Notes under the pieces: model-generated | Seen by the model: only the letters and a program-made list of their open reading frames with translations | The model's database searches: none | Told to the model about the DNA's origin: nothing | Position numbers and translations under genes: made by a program | Part shown: one piece after another, positions 42,104-54,968 of the stretch | Position numbering within the stretch: the stretch's first letter is position 1 | Layout: each line of letters begins with the position of its first letter | Origin: Ptychomitrium polyphyllum | Lineage: Eukaryota | Direction of reading: 5' to 3' | Assembly (NCBI GenBank): GCA_973851085.1 | Contig: OZ316775.1 | Location: forward strand, 3,348,001 to 3,412,000 | DNA length: 64,000 nucleotides

Positions 42104-44898
42104 TCAGGGCATAGGTGCATATGCTTTTGGTTTAGGCTTGACTTCCGCCTCATTTACACTCCGCACAAAAATAGCATCCGGTTCATGCCTGCATAATGTC
42201 AATCATTGCATGTTCAAACTTGCAACATACAAAAGCAGCAGACATCCACCAGCCATAAACAAAACATGACCTGTAGGTACTGGAAATATCAGCATCTTGC
42301 ACGAACTATAACTCGACAAATGTCATATGCAGATATAACACCTGGACAGGCTCCAAGCTTTGGTTCTCTAAACGTAAAAGTGTCTGAGATGAATTGGTGT
42401 TCAAAATCAAGCGACTAGAGATAACAGAAGAAAGATAACTTACGGTTTATCACCCTCCTCAAACGTGTAACTGGATGCAACGGCAAGGAGGCGGCCATCC
42501 CTGCTAAAGGACAGTGCAGCAACACTAGTTGGATATCTTGAGTACTGCACAATTGCAAAACATGACTTAAGAATATCAGTTTTGGTGATCTAGGAATCCA
42601 ATACAGAACTGGCAGTGAATAGCAGAAACTGATTACTGCTGTGTCAATCCTGCTTCCAATGTCACGGTTCCATGCAGCGCAATCCAAGTCCGATGATTTA
42701 GATGATTCCTCTCAATACTTCGCACAACCACAATTTCTTAATAAACAAAGTGGATTCGTTTTGATGTTGTGATATTGTTCATGAAAATACCTGGTATAGG
42801 CGCTTCTTGTTATTACCATCCCAAACGTTGACATAGCCATCGCAACCACCTGTTGCAAAGGTGCCATATCTGCAACAATGCCCAACAAACAACGCGTCCT
42901 CAAAACTAGCGATTTCCCACGCTGAGATACATCTGCGACGTCTGACGCTTTTGATGCATTCGAGACTAGAACATAATCTTAACTTGCATGGAGGTGATGA
43001 TGATGAGGTAAATAGAATACACACACAAACAAACATAATTTATTTTTAAAAAAACACGGTTTAACCATGATGACTCACATTGGGTGAAAAGCAATAGCAT
43101 TAACTGGGTAAACTGTATCTCGCCCCGCCTCAGATTTCCGATGGCACTTAAAGGCATATCTGCACAGGATGCAACCAACATAGTTTGAGCCTGGGCAAGG
43201 TAGATAGTTTCATCCCCACGATCCATTTTCTACGAAGGAAAAAATTGTTAGACCCTACAGAGCTTAAAAAAACAAAAGAACAGAAGGGGCAATAACGCAC
43301 TTTTTTGCTTGACCTATTTCAGACATATCAAAAAATTCCATAGCAACACGGCCTTCCACGGAGCTGAGAGCGTAACCTGCCAGGACATATTCCGTAAAAA
43401 AATTTAGCCCATGGTTTAGGAGCTGAACGCTCAAAATCATTCCATTCGGCAAGGCAAGTATGTGTGAAGCACAAGTGCCTCTGAACGCAAGCGGAAAGCA
43501 ATCTTCAGATGATATTCAAATCAGCCCAGGAGGACTGAACCGATACAAAGAAATAAAAATTCCAGGTCACACTGCTAATGCCACAAGTCTTGGGTGAACT
43601 TCTGAAAAGAGTAGAAGCGCATACCTGTGCCATTAGGGTAACAACGAACGCAACGAGTTTGGTATTTCAAGGAGGATTCACGCGTCTGTTCGGGTTGATG
43701 CATTTGCCGCAAATCATAAACGGTAATATGCCGGCCTGCAGTGGCCACGACAAGTCGATGCCCGACTAATGACATACTGTATACCCGCTCAGGTTGTTGA
43801 TAAGTCCCAACCCGTGAACCCCCTCTAGGATCCCAGCATCGCACCGTCTTGTCCCAGCTGCCAGTTACCACATGCCCTACAATGGTCCAAATATTAATAT
43901 AACTTACACCTTCCATCACATTGGCAAGGAGAATGAAACAGAACATAAAAACCTAACGCAATTATCTATAACCATTTCGTTAATTTGTGAAGGCTCATTT
44001 CTTGAATGCATTTGCGAAAGCTGAACTAAGCATCAGCAGATGCATGGCGGGTAGAAAACTGACAGACAATGAGAACTGTCTGCGCTAAGTTATCCCAGAC
44101 TCCAAAACGAGCTTCCAAAACCCTGAGATAGGAGCCAATCCATCTCACTCACCTGTTGCGTGCGAGTACTCCACACACCTTACAGGAGCGTCGTGAGTTC
44201 CCAAAAGGTCCTCACCACCTGTATTAAAATCATATCTGGAGGGGGAAATTAAATTGCAGGCGCGTCAGAAATACCAAAAGAAACAGCTCACAGCCAGAAA
44301 ACTCCCTTCTCTTCATCTTTGAGCCAAATTTTTCCAACCCTAACTCCACTGAACAACGACGCCCACCATAATGTACGCGCAATGTCGCACCTAAACCTAC
44401 ACAGAAAGCCAACCCTAAAAATGACCCAACTAGCAGCTCTAACACCAAACACACCCAATCAACTACCGCAAATGCCTCCCCTGATCCCTCAAAAGAAGAC
44501 CAAAACGCCCACAAAGATGGTCCAATGTCACCCATCCCATGCCAGGATTTAGCAAGGGTTTCCCAGAGGCAGAACAACACCCCACCAACCTACCTGTAGA
44601 CAGTGTTGTCCGCGGAGGCGGTGAACCCGGACGAGTCGTCGTGGAAGCAGCAGTCCAGCACAGGCGCGCGGTGCACGAATTGCCCCTTGAGCACATTGGC
44701 GGAGGCGTCGTAGAGGCGCACCTTGGCGTCCCACGACGACACCAGCAGGTGGTCGCTGTAGTTGGAGAACCGCAGGTTGGAGATGCCGTCGCCGGGCGCG
44801 CTGCCAAGCTCCCTCCCCAGCACTGGCGCTGCCGCCGCCGCCGCCCCCGCTCGGTCATGGTGCCCCTGGGCCACCGGCGCAGGCCCTCCTCCCATCAT
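42104..44898 (-). CDS. BUB3: Mitotic checkpoint WD40 protein BUB3, 8 exons, ~353 aa
   Basis: Exons 44898-44594, 44235-44153, 43876-43625, 43376-43301, 43159-43079, 42869-42791, 42544-42444, 42188-42104 join in frame. Motifs [94 protein letters not shown]. Confidence 0.96.
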
Positions 44899-46219
44899 CC
44901 TCCTCGCCACCACCCCTCCTCCACCACCACCACCACCCCACGAACAAAGGCCTGGGCTCTCCCCACGCAAGCGCCACAAGTACCGGGTGCGATCTGGCCC
45001 AGGGGGTGAGCTTCGGAGCTTGCGTCGACAGCGGAAGCAAGCGTAGAATCCAAGGAGCGAACTTTTGAACGTGCAGTGCGAGTGCGAGAGCGAGTGCAAG
45101 TGCTGTCTCCGCGCGCGCGCGTGAGTGTGTGTGCGCGTGCGCGCATTCCGAGCTTGCTGCTCTTCCCGCTTCGCTCGTCTGCTGCAGTCTGTTGTGCTCC
45201 TTTTCCTTTCTCTTTTCCCTTTCCTGTTACTGTATCTTTCCATATCCGTTTCTTTCCCTTTCTCTATTGTCGTCCTTCCCGCCTTTCTCTTTTTCTGACT
45301 TTTTCCTTTCTCGTGCTCCAGCTCTTGCGCGTCTGTGTCCGAGGCGTGAGTCGGGTTTGGGAGGCGGGACCCGGTTCGTCGTGGGCCCCACCGAGGAGGG
45401 CGCTCACTTAAGCAGGGAACGGGGCGAACGACGAGGATGCGTGCACGGCGTTGTCTTATTCGTATCACTAGTTCATCCGATCCATAATGAATTCCTGGTT
45501 CGTGCCGTTGGTTGCCCCATTTAAGGCCTTGCAGTGCGAAGTCGGAGTGCACTTTGAGGGTTTTCGAATTTTTTGATCGTTTGCTTATTTTTTGAATTGA
45601 GAATGTGTTGTACTGCACTTTGGAAACTTATGACCCACCAATGTTCACCTCTTGTTAATTTTTTTTAATCTATCAAATACATTGGCAACTTGGATTTTCC
45701 TAAATTTGGATATTATAAGGAAATATAAACATCCAAATTCATGAAAAAATGCCATCATTTCAATGAAAGCATGGCTTCATATTCTGAACATCACCATTTC
45801 GAAATTCAACATTCTCTTTCTTAGTATGTCATTAATATGATTTATAAATTTCATAAGCAATATTTACGTTGTTTACATTTACTATAGCCAAGTTGATATT
45901 TCTAATAAAATGTAATTCAACAAACACTCATATATGGAAGGATGTGAGGCAATGGGGTATTTTGACAATATCCAAGCCTTGCTATTCTTTTATTTTGACT
46001 TCTTACTTGAATAAGGGAAGATGATAGAGGTATTGGTGAAGGATGCCATACAAAAGGATCTTTTGGTTCATGCAAAAGACACTGACAATGAAAAAGACAA
46101 TGAATTTAAGGGAGACAATGATGCCCATGGACTAGCGCCAAGAACTGGTCGCAAGAGATGGCGCACTATTAAACAAGTGCCACCCCCCGTGGCACAAATC
46201 GTAGACCGCTCTTTGATAT

Positions 46220-46570
46220 TGTCACAAACATAGATATTAAAACATAATCTAAAGAATATTTAAGAACCTTCTGATATATTATAGAAGCTTCTTATAATAC
46301 TTTAGAAGCTTCTTATAATACTTTCAGTGCTTCCATAGCCATTCCACCTCTTTGAAAAATTTCTTAGGAAGGTTCTTGGGAAGGTTGTCATTCTATAGGA
46401 AACTTCTTAGAAAGGTTTCATAAACTTCTATAACATTCTTGAGCTTCATAAGAAGCTTCTTTAGAAGTATCCTAGGAAATACAAGCATCATAGTATTAAT
46501 AGGAAGCACGACAAGGTATACCTTAGTTTTTCCAACATAAGTTGTGGATTTTATTGTATCATACCTTGTT
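46220..46570 (+). mobile_element. Truncated, degenerate LTR of the same family as the solo LTR at 54969-55613
   Basis: Begins TGTCACAAACATAGAT and shares collinear blocks with the reverse complement of 54969-55613 (AGAACCTTCT, GTATCCTAGGAAATACAA, AATAGGA..GACAAGGTAT, CCAACA.AAGTTGTGGAT). Similarity stops near 46570 and no 3' CA terminus is seen. Confidence 0.75.
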
Positions 46571-46599
46571 TGCATGGGGAATGGAAGGAAAAACTCTCT

Positions 46600-49500
46600 C
46601 AATTGCATCACATCCTTCAAAAGTGGAACAACAAATATACATTGTACATAACCTGAATCTAAATCTAAAGATATGTAGTATCATGAACAAAGCAAATGAC
46701 ATTAAATTTCATGTCTATAGTGAAAATGAAGTTAGAAAGGGCTAAATGTGTACAATAAGACATTTAACTCTTTTTATGTGCAATCAACAACAAACACTTT
46801 TGGATTCTACTAGAAATTGTCATCAAGCATCTTTTTGTTTAATTCTTGCATCTAAAGCTTCAAATCAACCTAGGTACATTGAAAAGTAAGAATGAATGAA
46901 TACAAACTATTGAGAGAACCTAGAAATGTCAAAATATAAAACGACAACATTGAAATTCCAATACAATGGCATTTAAACACAACATGATTGGAACAGCCAA
47001 TGTCACAAATGAGGCAATAAACATGTGTGGATAGAGCCCAAAGTTATGGGTTTTTTTTTATTTGTTCCAAATGTAGCATCTATATAATTTGCTCCCTTGT
47101 TTTGATACTTTAGCATCATTAGCCGCTATTACTTTGATTGGATGCCAATCATAAAATGCATGTTAAAATCCTTAAGTATTCTTGGAATATCCATTGATTT
47201 CTTTACATTTATCTCCGTACAATAGAAGATCTTTTCAACATTCTTTTGAATTGTCATACAAATGCTTTGAATATTGTTTAAATGCAACATGTATGTCTTG
47301 TTAATTAATTTGCCAAAGATGTTACAAATGTATTTTGGAATAATAAAAAAGTTATTAATAATAGCCTTACCCTCCGCCTCTCAATTTTCAAGAAACTAAA
47401 GATGCTTCTTTATTATCTGAACAAAAATGTCTCTACTATGCAAATAATTGTTGACAAAAGCTTTTATTATAGGGAAGAGGTGAGTAGAGAACCCACTTCT
47501 TTAATTTTTCTTGAAACTACGGCATACAACTAATCCATAACAATTGTCATATTGATGTTGGATGATGTAGATCTCAACAATATGAAACAAAAACTTGAAG
47601 ATTTTTATAGTGAACTGCGCCAAACATCCCGCCTTATGGACATTTTCCATTACTTCCGGGAATCACGACCTACTTTTTTTGGACCCACATGAGCTTCTTC
47701 TTTCTTGGATGTTCCACCATCCAAGTTGTCAATAAAACTATCAATGGTGGCTACATTTGGCATTGAGCGCTAGAAATACAATCTTAGATGATCTTCTTTT
47801 GCACCAACATCTATGTCATTTATAATTGTCTTTGGCCCAGAGGCAAACACCTCTTTGTTTGTAATATCACAGATTACGTTGAGCAATGTTGCAATAGTAG
47901 CGACTGTTTTGGTTGAGGTCAAAGTTTCTTTCTTTCCACCTTGCAAAGCAATTGTTGGTGTGGTTGTAGTCTTTTGGGATGCCTTTGGCTTGCGGACCTT
48001 TGCAGCCACTGTAAAAGGAGCTCCATCTATGCCTATCTGCAATCCAGCATCTGGAACAATCTTCTTAGCATTTAAAATACTACTTGTAGATGGTTCCTTT
48101 GAAGTTTTTGCTTGAGATTTCTCAAGTGCACATTTGCATTAGGGCTTTGCAAATGGTGCTGGCCTTAGGACCCCTACCATGCTATTTAAATGTGAAGAAA
48201 TATTGTCAAGTATTAACCCTCCTATCTGTAATCCTAAACAAATGGATATAGAGGTTGTTATTTTCCTTAGCACTTGTAAGTGGTAGGCCTTAACATGTGG
48301 CAAAAGAGATTGACTGTAATACTTTTGTTTATGTTCAGAATAGCATCATCAACCAGTGTAAACATTGCAGCCTTCTGGTACTAGGCAGTAATAGCATTCT
48401 TCTACGTTGTTTATCTTTGAGGTGGTTTTGTTGTCTTTGAAGGTAGGCATCCATCATCAATTGCATCTCCATTCAAATTAGGGATTCCTTGTATCTCCAC
48501 CTCTAGGATTAGATATTTGAGTTTTAATTTAGGAGGTGCCTTTTTCTTCTTCTTCTTTGAAGTAAGATGTAGGAAAATACCACCTATTGTTGCAACTTTT
48601 ACTTTACATCTATTCTTAGGAATCAAATCCTCTGTGATAAGCTTCACAATATTGGAATAGTTTTCTGGACCAAACCACAGCAATACTTGCAAAGAAAAAA
48701 AATGGTGAAGGGAAAATGGATTATAGACATTAATAGAAGCATAATACAAAGATGTAGCAGCGGACTAAAATTCTAAACGACAAGTTTGTGGCCCTTCCTT
48801 AGCATTGTGCTTGGTCGTCCTATCTTCTTTGCTGCATTGAAATATGCACTGCACCTTCTTTTATTGCAATTACACCCCTATCTTCTACCCTAGAGGTAAC
48901 TATGTAATATTATTAGACAATATAAAACTTCTTGTGCTTCCTACACAAAGCTCTGCGCTTGAGGTTCCATATGATGTCCCCACAATCAAATGGCCCAAGA
49001 AGTAAAACCTCTACAAATTGCTCAATCAACTTAAGCAACAAAATATTGAAATCATTTGTAATGAAATCATTACAGTCCTCTACAAAAGAAATACTAGTGT
49101 TGTGCAAGGCCTCTCTTGCAAGAAGAACTTTCTCTATTATGCTGGTTTAATTGTAGCACAAGAATAATCTAAGGTGGAAAGGGAGACTGCCAAGTGCTAA
49201 TTGTAATACAGAAAAACTTCAATCTTCAATCATAAATCAAGCATGCAGCTATTGTGGCACAAAAGGTTAAAGCTTTTGCCATTGCACATTGAGAAGCACA
49301 TCTTAAACAACCTCAAAATAGATCCAACAAGGCTTCTAAGGACAATGATAAGAACAACTTGCAAGAAAGAGGCAGTGTAGTAAGAGAATTCTAAACTTAT
49401 TCACACCCCCAAAGACACAGGATTGGCACTTTATCTTCAATCTTAACCCTTAGGCAGAGGGGACACAAGAAGGTGTTGTACCCTTGGAAGTGGTGGTGGG

Positions 49501-49700
49501 ATCCACCTAAAAGCTCTACAAGTGGACATGGCATTTATAGCTAGTGTTTTGGAAGGGGGAAGGGAGGGAGGTGCACTAGATATTGCATAAAGTCTTGGAA
49601 AGGTTAGGATAAATGGCAACTAAAGTTATCCATTACGGTGGGGGTGGAGATGGGTTGGCCAGACTGGCCATTGCGACACGTTGCGGCTATCAACACGTCA
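46600..49700 (-). other. Decayed, unclassified coding-like or transposon-like sequence
   Basis: Stop-interrupted minus-strand ORF fragments (47770-48042, 48411-48749, 48913-49107), a minus-strand TATAAA near 49535, and adjacency to an LTR fragment. No domain recognised. Confidence 0.3.
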
Positions 49701-50177
49701 CTCTATTCCTCACTACAAAGGATTTAACCTTCTCTCATTGACAATATGACCAAACTGATTACACTAAATTACCTTAGTAAATGATTCTTACAATGAGAAA
49801 TCTTTTCTTTATCTTTATTTTGGCGTATGTTGAGGTGCATCAACAAACCATTAATTGAAAAGTACATGTGCTAAGACAGGGTTGTAACCATTCAAGCAAC
49901 AGGCACGAGTGAGTTGCAGCAAGGCACTGATCAAAAAAGTCACGTCCTGCACAATTTTGAAAATTTAAATTACAAGCTGTGTGTGGGAAGAGAGAGAACG
50001 ACGGCCTGAACTTGGAGCCCACTGCGAAAACCACCGAGTCCTAGACCCCGAACCCCACAAACCCTAAACTCCACCAAACACCCCAAGCTTTTCTTTTGCC
50101 TGGGTTTTGTGAGCACCGGGCCGTCGTGGCTGCTTCTCTCTGTTTTCTCTTCTCCAGGGCGTCCACGGGAAGCGAAG

Positions 50178-53100
50178 TGCGGGCGGCTGTGGTGGCGTGG
50201 GAGTCCGCATGACGACTCGCATCACGCCTGGCGTGGGCGCCAACCTGCTCGGGCAGCACGCCGCGGAGCGCAACCAGGACGCCACCGCCTACGTCGGCAA
50301 CCTCGACTCCCAGGTACGTCCACGCTACCCCCTGCCCTGCGTTCGTGTTCTCACTACACCAGCTGGATTGTGCGATCCGTCGGAGGTGTTGGCAGCGGAG
50401 TCCCATCTGTGCGCGTTCCGACAGGGCTCTGTTAGGAGTCGCATTCCGGTTGATCGCTCTGGCTACCACCCCAGCCCTACGTCGCTGGGGAGGCGCAGGG
50501 TGCTCGGATGCTTGAGTCCTCGCTGTAGGTGAATTGTCGTGGAAGGTGCTGTTGAATTGGCTGGTCGTATGATAGCTGACGAAATGGGACGATTGTGAGT
50601 GGAGCAGGTCTCGGAGGAGCTGCTGTGGGAGCTGTTCGTACAGGCCGGCCCTGTAGGTCCGTGATATCCGCCCCTCCACCTTTTCTTTTCTGCCATGGAG
50701 ATCGATATGGCAGGCGTTTCTCCCGTCTGTTGATGGCAGGCTACTGCTGGCGCGGATGAGCATTCGGTCCGACAGATGGCCTGCTCGGCATTGGAAGGGC
50801 TAGGGCACGAAACCGCGAGAGCGAGTGCCACCGGATTCTCAAGCATCGGCTCGATCGCCGTTGACGTATGATGTTGTTTTCCGGTTGTCAGCGGTCGCGC
50901 CCTTGACCTGCCAGCTTTACAGTGACGATCCAGGACGTTGCCCGGTTTTGGAGGACGTTGGTTTTGGGCGTCGGTAGACGGAGGCTGATAAATGTTTTGT
51001 GGTGGTGGGCGGAGCAGTGAACGTGTATGTGCCGAAGGACAGGGTGACGAATTTGCATCAGGGCTATGGGTTCGTGGAGTTTCGAAGCGAAGAGGATGCC
51101 GATTATGTGAGTGATACGTGTAGCCCAGGATGATGGTGTGTTGCATGTCTACGACGTTGGACAGGGTACTGACTTTTTTTGCTTTGGCTGGGGCACTGAC
51201 AAGGGCGTGGTGAGCGTGCGTAGGCCATCAAGATCCTGAACATGATCAAGTTGTATGGCAAACCTATTCGAGTGAACAAGGTAGGGCATCTGAAGCGCCT
51301 GACACGGTGAAGGGAAGGGGGTGTGGGCGATCCTTGGGCGGGCGAGGACGCTGTGATGATTGTCCATTTGGATGCATGTGCTGTGTGACGGTGGTGGAAG
51401 CAAGGCAAGTGATGGGTTGCTGAGGTTGGATCTGTGGCTGATGCAGGCGTCTCAGGACAAGAAGAGCCTGGACGTGGGCGCCAATTTGTTCGTGGGCAAC
51501 TTGGATCCTGTAAGTGGCCTCGGGGTGTTTCCTGTGTTGACGAAATCGGACAGGTTGCCTGGGAAGGGGACCGCGAGGCCTTTGAATAGTGGACGTCCCA
51601 AGTTGGGGCAGTCTGGTGTCAGAATGTTGAGAAGGAGCTGACAAGGCGGCGTGATGTGCAGGATGTGGACGAGAAACTATTGTACGACACCTTCAGCGCG
51701 TTCGGCGTGATAGTGACGAACCCGAAGGTACGGTGGGCGTGGTGGTGGTGATGCGTGGGGAGGAATTGCAATGCACATGACACACATTCCTGGTGTCCTT
51801 TGCGTTGTCGAGACGGGGAGGGTTGTGTGGACGGTTTGAGGCAACGGGGTGGCGTTGGAATTGCGGGTCTGACGAGGCTGAGAACGGATGATGTGCAGAT
51901 CATGAGGGATCCAGACTCGGGCAACTCACGAGGCTTCGGGTTCATCAGCTACGACTCGTTCGAGGCGTCGGATTCTGCCATCGAGGTAAGGGTCGGGGCC
52001 GGGTGCGGCGGTGGGTTGTTTCTGGTGTGGGCGAGGGTGGCGTAGATTAGGAGATGCAGGGATGTGATGAGGAGTGGCAGGTGGTGAAGGGTGGTGGTTG
52101 CAATTGCGCAGGCGATGAACGGGCAGTATCTGTGCAATCGGGCTATCACGGTCTCATACGCGTACAAGAAGGACACCAAAGGCGAGCGTCATGGAACTCT
52201 AGCAGGTGAGCGTCTCGTCCCGCCCGACGTTGTTGGGTTGCAGTCGGAAGTTGGTGCGGCATGGGCGAGGTGGATTGTGGGGAGGTTTTGTGTGGATGAT
52301 CTGTGGTGGGATGGGTACCGAGGGCAGCAGCGTAACGGGCCGGAGGATGTGTCGTGCAGAGCGCATGCTGGCATCGAATAACCCGAATGCGACGAAGAAC
52401 CGGCCGCACACTCTGTTCGCGAGCGGGCCTCCGTCGCTGGTGGGTCCTCCGCAGCTGGGACAAGGGCTGGCCCCCGCTCCGGCGCAAGGCAACGGCAACC
52501 TGGGGATGAGCATGAACGGGTCGATGCATCCCCCAGCGCCATTCAACGGCGGCCCTCCGCCGATGCCCCCTCCACCGCAACAAGGGCAGATGATGCAGGT
52601 GCTGGCACCGCCACCACCCCAGGGTTACGGGGGTCCTCCGATGCAGCAGCAGCACCAGAACCAGGGTCCTCCGCAGCAGATGCAAGGAGGGCAAGGTCCT
52701 CCGCCCCAGTGGGGAAACCAGGGCCACCAGATGATGCAGCAACAGGGCATGGCGGCGCCTCCCCAGTTCAGGCCCGGCCCTCCAGGCTCACGACCTCCGA
52801 GCATGGGTCCACCTCCTCATGGGTTCCACGGGGGTCCAGGCGGGGGCGGTCCAGCAGCGATGGGGATGGGGGGCCCTCCCCCTTGGGGCAGAGGGCCGCC
52901 TCCGCAAGGCATGCGGCCGCCACCGCCAGGCATGCAGCAGCTGCAGGGCATGGGCATGAACCAACAACAGATGCAACAGGGTATGCCTCCACCTCCTCGA
53001 GGTCCACCGGGCATGCCGCCCCCGCCTGGTAGCATGATGGGAGGTCCCGGTGGTCGGCCGCCTCCAGCAGCGGAGAATCAGGGCAGGTAAGAAGCCAGGG

Positions 53101-53521
53101 TCACGTGGTATTCCTGGTTGGGAGGTAGGCACGCTGTAGTTAAGGTGCGAGCAATGTGGAGGAGTCGTGGAGTTTGCGAGGGGTGGGGTGTGGGCAGCAA
53201 GACTATGTGCAGCGAGCGGCGGCACTCCTTCACTTGCAGACTGGCGGAGGTAGGATTTTGGTGAGTGTACATCGATTCGGGACATCTGAGAAGTTGGGAA
53301 TATGGTTCCGCTGGTAGACATATGTTAGCAGCGCTTGATTGGCTGCGATGTACGACTGAGGTGCTTGTTTAGAAATTGTACAATGGAAATCTTGGGCACT
53401 TGTCAGTGGAAATCATTACTGTCTCTTTCTAGGTGTTTGAAATATAAGTGACTGCTTTGATTACTCTGGCATGCTTAAGGAAGTGTAGTATTGGAATTTT
53501 GTAATGGAGTGGTAAATGTGA
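50178..53521. repeat. Inverted-repeat arm tract B1; reverse complement of 16332-19675
   Basis: See tract A1. Boundaries are TGCGGGCGGC... at 50178 and ...GGTAAATGTGA at 53521. Confidence 0.95.
50209..53090 (+). CDS. SF3B4: Splicing factor 3B subunit 4 (SAP49/Hsh49), copy B, 9 exons, ~446 aa; appears identical to copy A
   Basis: Exons 50209-50313, 50608-50656, 51018-51106, 51224-51280, 51447-51509, 51662-51727, 51899-51985, 52112-52205, 52360-53090 total 1341 nt in frame. Two RRMs plus a Pro-rich tail. Confidence 0.96.
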
Positions 53522-54968
53522 GTGTTATGATGTAATTCGTTTCTTAGGTTAGGTAACGATTGTAGATTTTGTTCACAAATTGGGAGTTGGATGTAGTACT
53601 GTTTTTATACCTTTAGTTTTTTCATAGTCATTTTAAGTTTGCATGAGATGTGCTGATATAGTAACTCTTGAGAAGTTGTACAGATGTTGTTTATGGCATG
53701 ACTTCTTGTTGGAATTTTAATTGAATACTGAAGTTTACTTAAGATACTTAAATTGTGGAGTAGTTTGTTATTTATGTTATAGAACATTAGTCAAAAGAAT
53801 TTGTAAATGATTATTTGCTCAAATTTTAAATGCTTTTATTTGCCAATGTTTTATACAAAAGTTCTATGGAATTTAACATTATTGAAGTTCAAAAATCGAA
53901 TTTATTGATATGCATATTAAAAATTATTTTAAGCTTTATTCAAAGAATGGATGATAGTGCCTTAGAGATCTTATATATTTTTATGTAAGTAAATGAAATC
54001 ATGCAATAGTATATAACTTGTGCATTTGTGGTGAAATCATTTTTTTGCTATTTAGTAGGTTGCCATAATAGTGGCTTTTTTTATTATAATGCTTCAAATC
54101 TAAATTATTTAAATGTGCAAATCTAGTTATTAAAATGTGCTTTTGATAATACTTATTACTTTGGAGAAATGATATTTATGTTACGTGGTGCAATTTATTT
54201 TTGGTACTATTGATCAGTATATAAAGGAAAAACATGAATGCAAATACCATTGTAGTTTTTAAATTTAATCAAAATTTTCATTATTTTCCAATAATTTTAT
54301 GTAAATGTATATATATTTTAATTCTAGAAGTACTTTATATTACATCATGGTACTTTTTGATTTTGAACTTCTTTATAATTTTTATTATAATATAAAACAT
54401 TCAAATTTCATTACAAAATATACTGAGCAATTATAATAATCTTTTTTTATAGCAATCAAAAAGTGGATTTGTAAGACAAAAATTAATTTCTAAAACTAAC
54501 AACTATTGGAAGTTTATATTTATATTTTTCGAAAAATCATATAATATAAATAAAAAAACCTAGATGTACATATTATAACATCAAAGTTCTTTAAAGCCAA
54601 AGAAATTTAATATTTAACATAAAAATTGATAACAACGTTTTATGATTTCAATTGTTATCAATTTGTATGTTAAAAGTTGAATTTATTAATTTAAGAAACA
54701 TATTTGATCTTTGAATCATAAAAATTGATAACAAAGATTTATAACGTTAAATATTGTCAATTTTATCATATCATCTACTGAACCTTATCCATTAAAATTG
54801 TATTATCGAAGTTATCGAAATTGTAAAAAGAATAAAAGTATGATTATAATTAAAAATTTTACATCATAAATAAAATAATGAAGATTTTGAATATTTAAGT
54901 TTTTATAGAAATTTCTTTCAAATGCTTTATTTGATGTGCCATAATTTATGCAAAAAGGTGGTTAAAAT

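Noticed and set aside
44899..45618. 240-codon open frame upstream of and in frame with BUB3, including an ATG at 45243
   Set aside because: It starts at GTG and runs through low-complexity promoter/5' UTR sequence. BUB3 homology begins only after ATG 44898.
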